In this document: positions 1-12,782 of the stretch, in pieces
Layout: each line of letters begins with the position of its first letter
Position numbering within the stretch: the first letter of the stretch is position 1
Assembly: GCF_001194135.2 (NCBI RefSeq)
Contig: NC_068982.1
Coordinates: 64,217,280-64,266,201, forward strand
Reading direction: 5' to 3'
Length of the DNA: 48,922 nt
DNA from: Octopus bimaculoides
Lineage: Eukaryota
The notes under the pieces: generated by a model
Database searches by the model: none
Seen by the model: the letters and a program-made list of their open reading frames with translations, nothing else
What the model was told of the DNA's origin: nothing
Translations under genes and position numbers: made by a program

Positions 1-199
1 TATATATATATGCAGATATATGTATACAGGTAAGTATATATGCAGGTCTACTGACTACATCTATTTTATGATATTGTACTTGTCTCATTACTTTCTGTCC
101 TTGTTCCCATATCATAACCAGGAATCGACACCACAATCTTACGATCATTAGTACAACACTCTAACAACTAAACCACGTACCAAACACACACATACGCAC

Positions 200-778
200 T
201 TAGACATGCACGTATGGGTATATATGTATATATATGTATATATATGTATATATATGTATATATATATATANNNNNNNNNNNNNNNNNNNNNNNNNNNNNN
301 NNNNNNNNNNNNNNNNNNNNNNNNNNNNNNNNNNNNNNNNNNNNNNNNNNNNNNNNNNNNNNNNNNNNNNNNNNNNNNNNNNNNNNNNNNNNNNNNNNNN
401 NNNNNNNNNNNNNNNNNNNNNNNNNNNNNNNNNNNNNNNNNNNNNNNNNNNNNNNNNNNNNNNNNNNNNNNNNNNNNNNNNNNNNNNNNNNNNNNNNNNN
501 NNNNNNNNNNNNNNNNNNNNNNNNNNNNNNNNNNNNNNNNNNNNNNNNNNNNNNNNNNNNNNNNNNNNNNNNNNNATATATATATATATATATATATATA
601 TACGTATGACTGTGTGTGAGTGTGTGTGTATGTGTGTATGTATATACACACACACACACACACATATATATATATGAGTGAGAGAAAGAGAGGTGAATGT
701 GCGTAATTGTGTGTATACGTATGTATGTGCGTACGTACGTATGTATGTATGTAAGTATGTACGTATGTATGTATGCAT
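200..778. repeat. Compound (TA)n/(TG)n/(CA)n/(TATG)n microsatellite field around a gap
   Basis: Direct reading. Similar fields at 3350-3530, 12540-12780, 13720-14370, 16520-16640, 25100-25660, 27930-28180, 29100-29380, 29487-29525, 30846-31085, 34110-34200, 38070-38220, 38815-38950, 39180-39302. Confidence 0.97.
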
Positions 779-839
779 AAGTCCCCTAAACCCACTGGCG
801 AAATTACATCCGTTTCTATTGAAATTTCGTTGTCAGTTT

Positions 840-1200
840 TACCACTGTGATCCATTTACTAAGAGATCAGTTTACATGGAAATTACACAGAATCCCAGTC
901 GACATCTAAGATTTCTCTTTACTCCTGTCGTCACGTTTGTATATTCATAACCAGAGTATGACAGTGATAAGCTTCTACGTGAAATTCTGTCACAACAAAT
1001 TTCTGACTTAATGATTCAACTTAATGACTAGATACCAATCTTATTATTTGGCAGCCACTATAGCGATCTTAAGAAGGTGAATATTTCATTAAGAGGAATC
1101 ATATTTTGTAATAGCCTTAGTTTCTTAAAATAAAACAGAACTTGTATGACCTGCTAATATATTATATCAGTGATTGTGAAGTATCCGTTGTAAAGAAATG
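840..1200 (+). pseudogene. Possible highly decayed LINE apurinic-type endonuclease remnant
   Basis: One frame reads ...VTFVYS*PEYDSDKLLREILSQQISDLMIQLND*IPILLFGSHYSDL..., resembling the APE pattern V.VYRPP....L...I..L....P.IL.GDFN.DL. Two stops; similarity judged by eye only. Confidence 0.3.
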
Positions 1201-1305
1201 GATCTCCGTCATTTAGAGTTATGAGTATTCAGATGTCTGATCCGTTGAACTGCCTTTTGATTAAAGTAGTGCGTAAGTGGCTGAGTATTCCACAGATATT
1301 TTTTT

Positions 1306-1725
1306 ACCTTTATCTTTATCTGTTATCTTACTTGTTACAGTTATTGGACTGTGGTCATGCTGGGGCACTGTCTTGAAGAGTTTAGTCGAACAAATCGGCC
1401 CCAGCACTTATTGTTTTAAGTGTGGTACTTATATATTTATTCTATGGGACTCTTCTGCGGAATCGGAAAATTACGGAAACGTAAACAAAACAACACCAGT
1501 TTTCAAGCGGTGGTGGGGGATGGCACAAAACTACACAGAGACACACACGGAGGCACAAGCACGCGCACACACATACGACTGGCTTCCTTACAGTTTCCGA
1601 CAGCTAAGTTCACTCAAAAGGCATTGGTCAACCCACACCACAGCTATAGTAAAAGATACTTGCCCAAAGTGCCGCACAGTGGAACTGAACCTAAAACTAC
1701 ATGTTTGCGAAATGAACTATGTATT
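1306..1725 (-). mobile_element. tRNA-derived CORE-like SINE (family B), reverse orientation
   Basis: Reverse complement aligns by eye to the 38351-38772 copy (gatacttgcccaaagtgccgcacagtggaactgaacc versus ggttcagtcccactgcgtggcaccttgggcaagtgtc), including the internal CA microsatellite and the 3' end. Confidence 0.85.
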
Positions 1726-2579
1726 CTCAATATAATCTTCAGACAGAATATGTATAACACTGTGTAACTAAGCTAACTCTTTAAATTACATGTAGACTCC
1801 ATGCGATGTCTATGTACATCGGAAATATTAATAGATAAATATAAATAGGGGCTCAATATAAATTAATGTTATATTTAATGCAGGGAACATTAAAAAGAAT
1901 AATTAAAGTTAAATATGTAGGGACAAAAAAATTAAAAGGAAAACGATAGAGACACTGACTAACATTTTCTTTCTCTGACTAGTACGGACAAGTTGCGGTT
2001 TGAATAAACCTCCTCAGTGAAGCTATACTGCTGACGTTTCCTGTGTGTCGATCTAAGGGATGATGACGATAGCATCGTGTATTGTCATGACCTGCGAATG
2101 AATTAGATTTTTAGAGAGGGAGATCTGCATTACATTAACCTCGCTCTTTTCCTCTGGAATCCAACATGCTTGAGTCGATATGCTATACATGCCAAAATAG
2201 TAATTACTGATAACTATTTGCTACGTAAACATATAAGGTTGTATGTTTATTGGTGCAAAGAAGTAGAATTTCTTAGAAATTAAATATTAAATATTAATTC
2301 TTAACGCAACATTGAATTTCATTTGGCAATCATTTTTGTTTCGCAAACCAAAACGCTCATCTCATATTTTTGAAAAAAATCATTTTCGTAAAAGTTAATC
2401 ATTATGCAAGTTATGCTGCAGAAATTAAAAATGGTGATATGGTGAATTATTCTTGGAGTTTACTTGATTGTTTCTACAGTAACTGATACAAAATAAATAA
2501 ATTCAATAAACTGTTGTTTAGATGTTTCTTTCTGCTAATTCAACTAACTACATTGATTTCAAAAAGCTACATATTTGCA

Positions 2580-3215
2580 AGGGAGAGATACAGTTGATTA
2601 AACTGTTCCTTATACTTTACTCATTATTAATTTATTAACCTCGGTAGACTGAGAATTAAACTCAACTCCAGGGGAATTTTACTTCCAAAACTAAAATTAC
2701 TTTAATAAATATCGCTAAGAATATAGTCTCATACTATACTACCTTTTCTGTCCTCAATATGATCTTATATTTTATGTACAGAGCTCCCAAGTACCGTTCT
2801 AATATCGTTTGATATATTACGTATAACTTTACAATTTGTTCTACATTAACATCTTGTATAGTCTATACTTAAGCATTCAATGTTATTATGACGGGAAAGT
2901 GATGACATTGTGATGAAGCAAAAATCATTAATGCAGATACTACAGACAAATGTAATTGCACTGCACTTCATCCTCATCTTCCTTGTCTTCCACCCTCTTC
3001 TCTTACCTCCCCAATTAAATAATTATTTCTGATATAGACACGAAGGAAGTAATTTGTGCGTAGAAGATTAATTGATTAACTCGATTTCATTACTTAACTG
3101 GTATTTCATTTTACCGGCCCTGGAAGGATAAAAGACGACGTTGTCCTCAGTGGTATTTGAACGCAGCCGCAAGAAATTACACAAAGCATTTTTATCTGTT
3201 GCACTAACAATCTAA
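2580..3215 (-). mobile_element. Two very degenerate family A SINE relics (about 2580-2750 and 3060-3215)
   Basis: Eroded versions of the family A motifs (ctggtatttcattttaccggccctggaaggataaaagac; tttgaacgcag). Confidence 0.55.
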
Positions 3216-3393
3216 CAGCTGTGCCTCCAAAATACAAAATGCAAAATATCGCCAACATTTTGCCTGCTGTACATGAAAAAATAGTTAATGTAAAGCTAAG
3301 ATAATGGACACTTTTAATAAAACATTTCGTTTTGGTCATTGCGAGTGCTTGCGAGTGTGTGTATGCGCGTGTATGTGTGTGTATGCGTGCGTG

Positions 3394-3450
<57 letters not shown>

Positions 3451-3835
3451 AAGAGGAAGAAATGGATATGTGTGTGTATATAAGCACATATGTATGTATG
3501 TGCGGATGTTTGTGTGAAATTGTACATGAGTGTGTTCAGTATTATTTGTTAAAGATAGTTTTAGATTTCTTTGTTCAACAATTTTGTAAAACATATCTTC
3601 CAGCAATTTAATGTTTTTTTTTCCCCCTCACTCGTTTTAATTCTTCCTTTCGGATATTTTATTTTGTTGCAAAAAGAAAACAATATCTTTCGTAGTTTTG
3701 ATTCTCCATTTTTTTTTTTTTCACGTCGTTGGATTTCAAAAAGAAAAAAATATATATATCCTTGCATTTAGAAATTAATGGCTAAGTAAAACTTATAAAT
3801 GGACGTGATTGAAGCCATTTACTAACAGACAACAT

Positions 3836-3859
3836 GATAATAATAATAATAATGATAAC

Positions 3860-3917
<58 letters not shown>
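3836..3917. repeat. (AAT)n microsatellite
   Basis: Direct reading; runs into a gap. Confidence 0.98.
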
Positions 3918-4412
3918 NNNNNNNNNNNNNNNNNNNNNNNNNNNNNNNNNNNNNNNNNNNNNNNNNNNNNNNNNNNNNNNNNNNNNNNNNNNNNNNNNNN
4001 NNNNNNNNNNNNNNNNNNNNNNNNNNNNNNNNNNNNNNNNNNNNNNNNNNNNNNNNNNNNNNNNNNNNNNNNNNNNNNNNNNNNNNNNNNNNNNNNNNNN
4101 NNNNNNNNNNNNNNNNNNNNNNNNNNNNNNNNNNNNNNNNNNNNNNNNNNNNNNNNNNNNNNNNNNNNNNNNNNNNNNNNNNNNNNNNNNNNNNNNNNNN
4201 NNNNNNNNNNNNNNNNNNNNNNNNNNNNNNNNNNNNNNNNNNNNNNNNNNNNNNNNNNNNNNNNNNNNNNNNNNNNNNNNNNNNNNNNNNNNNNNNNNNN
4301 NNNNNNNNNNNNNNNNNNNNNNNNNNNNNNNNNNNNNNNNNNNNNNNNNNNNNNNNNNNNNNNNNNNNNNNNNNNNNNNNNNNNNNNNNNNNNNNNNNNN
4401 NNNNNNNNNNNT

Positions 4413-4720
4413 GAATAATTAATCTTTGGAAACATGGGTGTTTTGCTCAACATCCTTAAACAAACCTTATTCAGGGACCTTTTGAGCAGGATGGGCTACC
4501 CGACCTGCAGAAAATTCTAACTGGGCCCCACTTGCGAGGTCATGCGCTGTTTATCTTGATATGAGATCACCATGTCGCGCACATGTGGTTGTGATGCATG
4601 TGCCTGGTGTACCCTTATCAGACGGGTAGTCATGATGGGTACAATGGGCTTCATATATTTTACCCCAGTGTCACTTTGATGGCAAGGACTTCTCTCTCAC
4701 TCAATAATGATAATGATAAT
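4413..4720 (+). mobile_element. SINE-like interspersed repeat (family D), 3' part with AAT-type tail
   Basis: Reverse complement matches 47604-47880 closely (e.g. tttatcttgatatgagatcaccatgtcgcgcacat; ttttaccccagtgtcactttgatggca). Ends in ctcactcaataatgataat. Confidence 0.85.
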
Positions 4721-4795
4721 ATCGCTTATCATTCACTCGCCCCAGTACGCTAGGTGTGTCTCGACATGTGATTGTAACAAAGATGTAGATTAAAA

Positions 4796-5350
<555 letters not shown>

Positions 5351-5351
<1 letters not shown>

Positions 5352-5518
5352 CCTTTCTACTATAAGTAAAATGCCTGAAATTTTGGGGGAGGAGTAAGTC
5401 GATTATACTGACCCCAGTGCGTAACTGGTACTTATTTCATCGACCCTAAACAGATGAAAGGCAAAGCTGACCGCGATGGAATTTGAATTCAGAACGCTAA
5501 GCATTTTGCCCGGCGTGA
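5351..5518 (-). mobile_element. tRNA-derived SINE family A (head partly missing)
   Basis: Contains the family core ctggtacttatttcatcgaccc...gatgaaaggcaaag and the reverse-complement B box aatttgaattc. Confidence 0.9.
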
Positions 5519-6195
5519 AGAAATGGAGAGAAAAATCATTCTATGGCCAATACCCTACAAGGCTTGACAGAGAAGAAATGAGCCAAAGTAAAAGCCAACA
5601 ATGACTCAAAACCTCTGGACTAAAAGCTGAAACGGAAAGACTGAAAACCAATGCCTGACTACAAACAATAATAAAAGCAAGATAATAAAAACAGGCCCAA
5701 ACACCAAATACAGAATGTGCAACCAGCACAATGAAACAGTTGACCACATCATCTCTGGCCGTCCAGTCCTTGCCAAATCTGAAAGCAGCTATTTCCACTA
5801 GACAATATGCCAACACTACAACATAAAAAAAACTGACAATAAATGGTATAAACATGTGCCAAACAAAGTACATGACAACGACCAGGTAAAAATCATTCGG
5901 GATATACCTGTTCAAACTGATAAAGAAATAAAAGATAATCGCCCAGACATAATAATCAAGGATTGGGAAAAAGCACCTGCTTACTGATAGACATTGCAGT
6001 CTCGTATAACCAAAATATTGCCTAAAAAGAAGTGAAGAAATTGTCAAAGTACTAAGACCTCGAAACTGAAGTATGCAAAATGTAGGATATGAAGGTGAAA
6101 AGAATACCAGTAATAATTGGAGTATCGGTCATGATAACAAATATATGAACAAAAACGTAGCAACTTTACCTGAACCCTCAACACTACACACTATA
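5517..6195 (+). mobile_element. Decayed R4/Dong-like LINE fragment (post-RT, CCHC zinc knuckle, RLE)
   Basis: KKWREKSFYGQYPTRL...SGLKAETE...RMCNQHNETVDHIISG...WYKHVPNKV...IPVQTDKEIKDNRPDIIIKD...LLIDIAV...KKLSKY*DLETE, with several stops and frameshifts. Confidence 0.88.
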
Positions 6196-6198
6196 TAT

Positions 6199-6582
6199 TA
6201 GTCGATTACATCGACCCCAGTGTTTCACTGGTACTTATTTTATCGACCCGAAAGGAGGAAAGGCAAAGTCTACTTCGGTGGTATTTGAACTCATAGCGTA
6301 AAGACAGACGAAATGCTGATAAGTATTTCCTCTGGCGTGTTAACAATTCTGTCAGCTCGCTACCCTTGATTTCAAATTTTGGAACAAGGTCAGCAAGTAC
6401 GAGGGAGGGTATAAGTTGAGTATATCGACTCCCAGTGCTCAACTGGTACTTATTTTATCGACTCCGAAAGGATGAAAGACAAAGTTGATCCCGGCAGAAT
6501 TTGAACTCAGAACGTAAAGCTGGAAGAATGCCTCTAAGCGTTTTCTTCGGCGCTGTAACGATTCTCTCAGCTCGCCGCCTTA
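6199..6582 (-). mobile_element. Two head-to-tail family A SINEs (6199-6368, 6370-6582)
   Basis: Both show core, B box (atttgaactcag) and head (cagctcgctacc / cagctcgccgcc on the + strand). Confidence 0.92.
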
Positions 6583-6607
6583 GTAGTAATAATAATAATA
6601 ATAATAG

Positions 6608-7360
6608 TGATCATCATCATCATCATTATCATCATCATCATTTCTTTAGTAGCCACAAGAGCATAGACGAGGGGCACATCACAAGGACAGTCAACAATTT
6701 GTGTGGTGGGGTTACATAAAAGATGAGATGAAAGAACTGGGAAAGACGGCGAAATGCAATAAAAGTATACAAAGTATGTTATAACACGAATGAGGCAGTC
6801 CTGCTCATACAGGAGAAACCTCAACTAGAACTAATCAAGGAGCTCCACAGATTCAGGATAACCCTGATCATCATAAGCTCAAGCCCTCACCCAAATGTTG
6901 TTCTCCAATCTACAGGTGCATGTTTAGAGTAGAGCCATTTACCCTAACCATTTTCCAAGTCACCCATATTTTCACAAATTTACTGGGAGGTAGCACTTCC
7001 CTCTCCACCCTCACTTTCCATTCCAAGTGGAACTTTAAAAAGTCGATGAAAGCTTGACCAAAGAGGAAAGTGTCTGTCTTCAATCTTTTCAGCTTCGTCC
7101 ACCACACAGCCACTTTCGCTATAAACACTAGACAAAAGAACATCGCCTGCCCTGCCTTGTAAAAGGTGGATGGTGGGGCAATGATTACGATGGATTCGGC
7201 CGATAGTCGGATTCGTCCCACACGCGATAACAACTATTCAACATAACTGCACACTTCAGAAATGCTCGGACACAGCACGAGTGTGTGCTGTACACTTTCA
7301 TCGCTCTACACACACCTCGATCACTCCCGCTTGCCGGTACTCCTGTGCCACTTGAGTTTG
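6608..7360 (-). mobile_element. 5'-truncated Tx1/L1-clade LINE: ORF2 C-terminus, 3' UTR and (ATG)n tail
   Basis: Minus ORF 6910-7233 LSRVGRIRLSAESIVIIAPP...KVAVWWTKLKRL...FLKFHLEWKVRVEREVL is homologous to minus ORF 19588-19989. The upstream Cys/His region is frameshifted; the tail is tcatcatc on +. Clade assignment is from remembered motifs. Confidence 0.7.
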
Positions 7361-7762
7361 CTAATAATAATAATCTAACACAGAACCAAGAAAAACTGGT
7401 ACAGATAACCACAAAGCATGAGCAAAACAAGAAACTATTTTCTCTTCAAGGTAACCGAAAAATACAAGAGATCGTAATACCTAACGACCATGAAAAATAG
7501 AAACAAACAACAAAAGCCGTAAAGCAACTAAAATCTAAGCTAAAACTGGAACTACAAAATACCACGATAAAACGATTGCAAAAAAACACCCTTACATGGC
7601 AAATACTAAGATAAGATAAACAGAAAAGAAATAGTAAAATCCCAATAATGGTTGAGAAACCCAGGACTCAAGAAGATACTGAATGGTTTTTAATTGCTGC
7701 ACAAGATCAAACCTTTCCCAGCAGAAGCCACCAGAAACACATGATGAAGGAAAATATAATTA

Positions 7763-8614
7763 CATGGAAAAATGCGAGCAAGAGAAATAATTTTCTTAAG
7801 ATTTGAAACCTGGAAAAATACAGGACAAGTTATTACACTTGGAAAAGTTCAGGACACTTATTACATCTGGTAAAGCACAGAACAAGAAAAGTTTTACTTA
7901 AAATATTGCAGCTAAGGATAAAATTTCAAATAAAATATTTAGACCTAGAAAATATTAGCTTTTATTAAAACTAAAAGTTTTATTACAAGTTATTACTTCT
8001 ATTTGCTATTACTTGTTATTCCTATAAAAAAATTTTAAATAACTCAAAATATTTTTTGCCCTTTAAAAAGATTCCTTTTTTTTTTAGTTATTAATTTATA
8101 ATTAGAAATTTGAAAATAGGTTATAAAAATAATAGTAGTATATAATTAGTTAGTACAGTAAATAGAATAATACAAACATTAGTTACATATTACAGTAAAA
8201 TCTACCCATAACAACAAATTCACAATAAAATTTGCTAGAGTCGTTGCCTAAGCTATTGCCAAGTCTTCACATTTTTAGTCTTGACCCAATGCCTATTTTT
8301 TTACAAATGAATTTGCCTACTATATATACTATTCTACTTTGCATAAAACTTTAGCTATATTGGTACTTCTGGCTCTCATTTTTTAAGCATTCTAGTATGT
8401 CAATATTTTAACATGATGATACCTTTTTAAATTATAATGTTACTTTGTAATTTAAAAATCAAATAATTTTTAATATTCAAATTTTATCCTTAGCTGCAAT
8501 ATTTTAAGTAAAAATTTTCTTGTTCTGTACTTTTCCAAGTGTAATAACTTGTCCTGAAATTTTCCAGTTTTATAATCTTAAGAATATTATTTCTCTTGCT
8601 CACATTTTTCCATG
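7763..8614. mobile_element. Non-autonomous TIR DNA transposon (MITE-like), about 140-170 bp terminal inverted repeats, TA flanks
   Basis: Left catggaaaaatgcgagcaagagaaataattttcttaag...ttacttaaaatattgcagctaaggataaaattt is the reverse complement of 8477-8614. TA at 7761-7762 and 8615-8616. The left TIR has a ~29-bp internal duplication; no ORF inside. Confidence 0.85.
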
Positions 8615-8619
8615 TAATC

Positions 8620-9420
8620 TATGTTTTTTCCAGACTATGTAATTATGCTAATTAATAATGTGTCAAATGTGTCAATTAGCGGTGTCGTTGATAATTTTTT
8701 CCTTATCTCAATAACGCCGGTAACATTAAAAGTCCCTTTATAGAACTATATTCATAAAAAATATAGAACTATATTATCACCCTCAAATTTGAGAAACAAA
8801 CACTCATAACTTTTCTCTTTTAAAACGTCATTGCATGAGATTGATCCCATGAAATTCCTCGAAGTGAACTCTAGCATTTAAGCTTAATTAAAATATAGTT
8901 TGTTTTCAAAATAAAAATGTTAATTAAACTAAAATCCAATTTTTTGCCTNNNNNNNNNNAAATATAGTTTGTTTTCAAAATAAAAATGTTAATTAAACTA
9001 AAATCCAATTTTTTGCCTTATATTTTTTCATGATATTTTACCTCACAACTTTTTTGATACACATTTTTGTTGCATGAGACCAAAACTATGAAATTCTTCA
9101 TGCTTTCTTCTATCATTGAAGCTAAGATAAATATATTTTGATTTTAAAGTAAAAGAAAGTTATTTAGATTTAAACTTGATTGGTGGCGTTACTTACTCTC
9201 CTATAACGTTGCTAGAAATTATGATGTAAACTTTTTTTCTGCTGGATCAAATCTCAATTTTCTTAATGCCAAAATATCGCTAGGGACCAATCCTCTTCAA
9301 AAATGTTAACAGTTTTCAATTTGGTTAAGAACTGAATTAGCGACAAGCTCTGAAAGATGCTGCATGTGAGTAAATTGCGGCCTTAAGAATATTATTCAAC
9401 TACTACCATAGTTGAAGGCT
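8620..9420. mobile_element. Unclassified AT-rich insertion with two diverged ~115-bp direct repeats (about 8795-8910 and 9040-9155)
   Basis: Lies inside the split LINE. Shared pattern ataacttt...ttgcatgaga...atgaaatt...tagcatt.aagct...aatat. Class unknown. Confidence 0.45.
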
Positions 9421-10081
9421 AAGTATCTGCAGAATATCTGGCGATGAGGAAGAAATAATAAATCATATTGTCTCTGGCTGCCTAGTCTTACCTAAGAAGG
9501 AATATATCCACAGATATGACAGAGTCTGAACCTATATACACTGGAAGCTATGCCAGCACTTTAGAATGAGAACAGAAAAAGTGATGGTATAGGCATTCTC
9601 CAGAAAAGGTTTCAGAAAAATGACAAAGCAACCATACTCTTGAATTTGCCAATATACGCAGATAGAGCGATCAAGGCTGATAGGACGGATGTAGTTGTCA
9701 CTGATCGTCGAGAAAAAAATCTCTTCTAATCGAAATATCATTCCCAACAGATGACAATGTGTTTCTAAAAGAAACGGAGAAACTCTGGAAATACAAAGAT
9801 CCAGAAACAGAGATAGTCCGAATGTGGAGCCTAAAAACGAAACGATCCCTATAATAATAGAAGCATTCGGTATGATTAAAAAAACATTGACTAATACATA
9901 ACCAAAACACAAGGACTCACGAAAGTGTATAACATATAGAATATAGCACTGCTACACACAGCACATATTCTACGTAATGCACTTTCAATACAGCGAAAAT
10001 AAAAACGCCAAAACAAACCACTGCGCATACCCAGACACACAGAGCACAGTTCTGTGTGTCTGGGTAATACTAGTAATAATC

Positions 10082-10905
10082 CCTTTTACTAAAAGTACAA
10101 GGCCTGAAATTTTGGGGGTTGGGACTAGTCGATTGCATCGACCCCAGTGTTTCCCTGGTACTTAATTTATCGACCCCTAAAGGATGACAAGGAAAGTTGA
10201 CTTCGACAAAATTTAAAATGCCGCTAAGCATTTTACCCGGCGTGCTAACGATTCTAATTGTTTCTAACATTGACACAGGCCTTGAAATTTGTGGGATGAA
10301 ATTAAGTGATACTAATGGCCCTAATTCAGATCGAAAAGAACTGTAACTAAATAAATGAAAACTTAACAAGGGGGAATCACCCTTAAAGTAATAGTTTCTT
10401 ACAAAAGTATAAAGGCCTGAAATTTGGGGCTAGAGTAACAGTCGATGATATCGACTTCATTATGTGACTGGTATTTTATTTTATAGACTTCTAATGAAGT
10501 GAGTTTTGACGGACTTGAGCTCAGATCGTAAACATATCCCACAAAATCCAACGCTCTGACAATTCTCCAGATCTGACGCCCTCACTGAAATAATAACGAT
10601 AAATTCTAAGATAGGTACAAAACCAAGCATTTCATGACAACATAGTCAGTTGTATCGTCATTGGTGCTTGACTGTTACTGATTTTATTGAACAGGAAGTA
10701 TTGTTTCTGATTCAACCACAAAGCCATCAACTTTGAGGGGCAGAGGAGAAGTTGATATCATCGAATTCTGTACATTACTGGTATTTTATTTTATCGACCT
10801 CGAAGGGATGAAAAGCAAATTTGATCTCGTCTAATGTAGAAGTCTAGAACAAATGCTGCAAAGTATTTTCCTGACGCTCTAGCGATTCTGCCAGCTCGCT
10901 GCCTT
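10082..10905 (-). mobile_element. Tandem array of 4-5 family A SINE copies of differing decay
   Basis: Repeated 3' ends (tttctaac, tttcttac, ttctaaga, tttctgat) and cores at about 10082, 10260, 10395, 10604 and 10704; intact head at 10890-10905. Confidence 0.85.
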
Positions 10906-12561
10906 TTGAAACTGGAAGAATAAAAGACAAAATGGCATGGCAAAGTTTGATTTAATAACTTTTAATATTTTTAATATTGTATCTCACTTCACTGCTGTTA
11001 AGAAGGACACTTTTAGCATTTTCTTTCGTATAACCAATGTACTTTGATTCAACACATATTATCTGTTTGCTCAAACTCTTTGCGCTCCGAGTTGAAATCC
11101 CTCAAAAGTCATCTTTTTTGGCGGGGTGGTGGGAGGGCTACAAAAAAGGTATCAATCCAAGGTGGTGGATTGATGGGAATGTTAAAAGGTTCGAGCGGAT
11201 GTCTTGGGGTATTTGTTTCGGCTTTTAGCGTCCTGAATTGAAATCCAACCATGACCTACTTGGGACTTAACTCTCAGCTCAGTTTAAAATCACCTTAGGT
11301 GCCTTTAGCGGAATTCACTGTTGCAAATATCCGGAGCAGTCTTCCGATTCGAGGATAATTTCCTCCTTCTCGCTAGCATCGGAGGCTATGTAACAATCTA
11401 TGGGTATTGCTTTTCCTCTTGACTAAATTTGAGATAGGTCTTAAATTAATCTTCACTCAAGGAATATGCTCACAGACATAAATACACACAAGCACATCCA
11501 TATAAATATAGACATGCGTGTTACAAGCTCTATTTAACAAGATAATCTTTTCCACAACAGAATTATTAATCACATTGAAAACATACTTATTGCACAAGCT
11601 AGAACCAATAGATTTCTTCTGTTAGACCAAAGCATTTCCCAAAGACTCATATACGTACCACTATTATTTATCAAACAAAGACAAGACTGAGCTTTCTTTT
11701 AGTAACCAGCTATTTATAAATTCTGCTCCCATGTGGAAGTGTATCCACTAAATACATTATATATTTCCTTTAATCTTTTCTTCCAGAACACCGAATCTCT
11801 CTGAAACTTTTAAACCGTTGCTTATTTATAGTTAACCTGGAAACTCAACATCAGTCATACAGTTTTATCGATCTTTAAAAGTTTTCTCATCCTTTACATT
11901 TTTGGATTTAAAATCAAAATATTGAAAAACTTGAAATATTTTTTATCGATATAAACTAGAAAAACAGGGTAAACAGATTTCAAATTCGATTTGAACTAAG
12001 AATGAACTTTACTGTCAAATTTGACGTTAAAAATATGAATATATTGATAATTTTTCAAAATGTTTTCAAATTATAAAAATGTAAATAGTTCAAGATATTA
12101 AATAACTGTTTATTCATATGCTTTTATTTTCCAATTTTAAACAGGTAGACGCTCCTTGTTCACTTCTTTTTCCGAAAAAGACAAAAACTGAAAACTCCAT
12201 GAACGTGTACAATGTTTCAAGATGGAGACTGGCTACGACTGCGGAACCTGTTGAGATTCACGTGTATTGACATTAGCCCAAATGTAGGTATAAAACGATA
12301 ACGTCATAAAGAAAGATCAAAGATCGATACTAGAACAGCTTATTTTTAGAAATAGGGGCGATTAGCACATCACTTTGGAACTTAATATATTTGTACCTTA
12401 ACGACGCTCGGTGAACTGAGCTGTTATAGTCAGTTCAGTGAAATTTAAAACACTTATGATAGAAGGTTAAATAAAAATTCTGCGCAGAGAATGATATATT
12501 GTCTGACCTATAAGTTGTTTATTGAATGTCATGGCTATGTGTGTATGTATAATATTAATTA

Positions 12562-12610
<49 letters not shown>

Positions 12611-12751
12611 TGTTATCTTGTAAGCCACACTCTCTCTAATATGCCATGAAAGTATCTGTAACCAAGTGATAAAGTTCTTCCGTTGAAATTTCACGTTACT
12701 ATGTATAAAAGAATATGTATGTAATCAAATATATTTGTATACTTACACATG

Positions 12752-12782
<31 letters not shown>

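Larger units (their letters stand above)
7364..10045 (+). mobile_element. One R4/Dong-like LINE copy split into 7364-7758 and about 9420-10045 by nested insertions
   Basis: Left part ends GFLIAAQDQTFPSRSHQKHMMKENI. Right part resumes at CRISGDEEEIINHIVSGCLVLPKKEYIHRYDRV and runs through RLE into the 3' UTR. The uninterrupted copy at 40455-40500 shows these segments adjacent (aattaaaagaaacacaagtaactgcagaata). Confidence 0.82.

Noticed and set aside
955-1031. Apparent terminal exon EYDSDKLLREILSQQISDLMIQLND* after an AG
   Set aside because: The same frame on both sides fits a decayed LINE endonuclease better.
1996-2045. Minus-strand GAAACGTC...CTGAGGA hammerhead-like words
   Set aside because: Helix I is out of register by 3 nt and helix II does not pair.
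2232-2360. Possible MADE-like mariner TIR remnant
   Set aside because: Interrupted, with no matching opposite TIR.
6641-6659. 14/19 similarity between the Tx1-like 3' end and the family A SINE 3' end (possible SINE-LINE partner tail)
   Set aside because: Too short and AT-rich, and it overlaps a probable polyA-signal region; needs consensus-level comparison.
8891-9018. 59-bp exact direct repeat (8891-8949 and 8960-9018)
   Set aside because: It straddles a 10-N gap; the typical signature of an unmerged contig overlap.
12145-12290. Possible exon after ttttaaacAG (VDAPCSLLFPKK... or GRRSLFTSFSEKDKN*)
   Set aside because: No recognisable product, weak donors and no partner exons.
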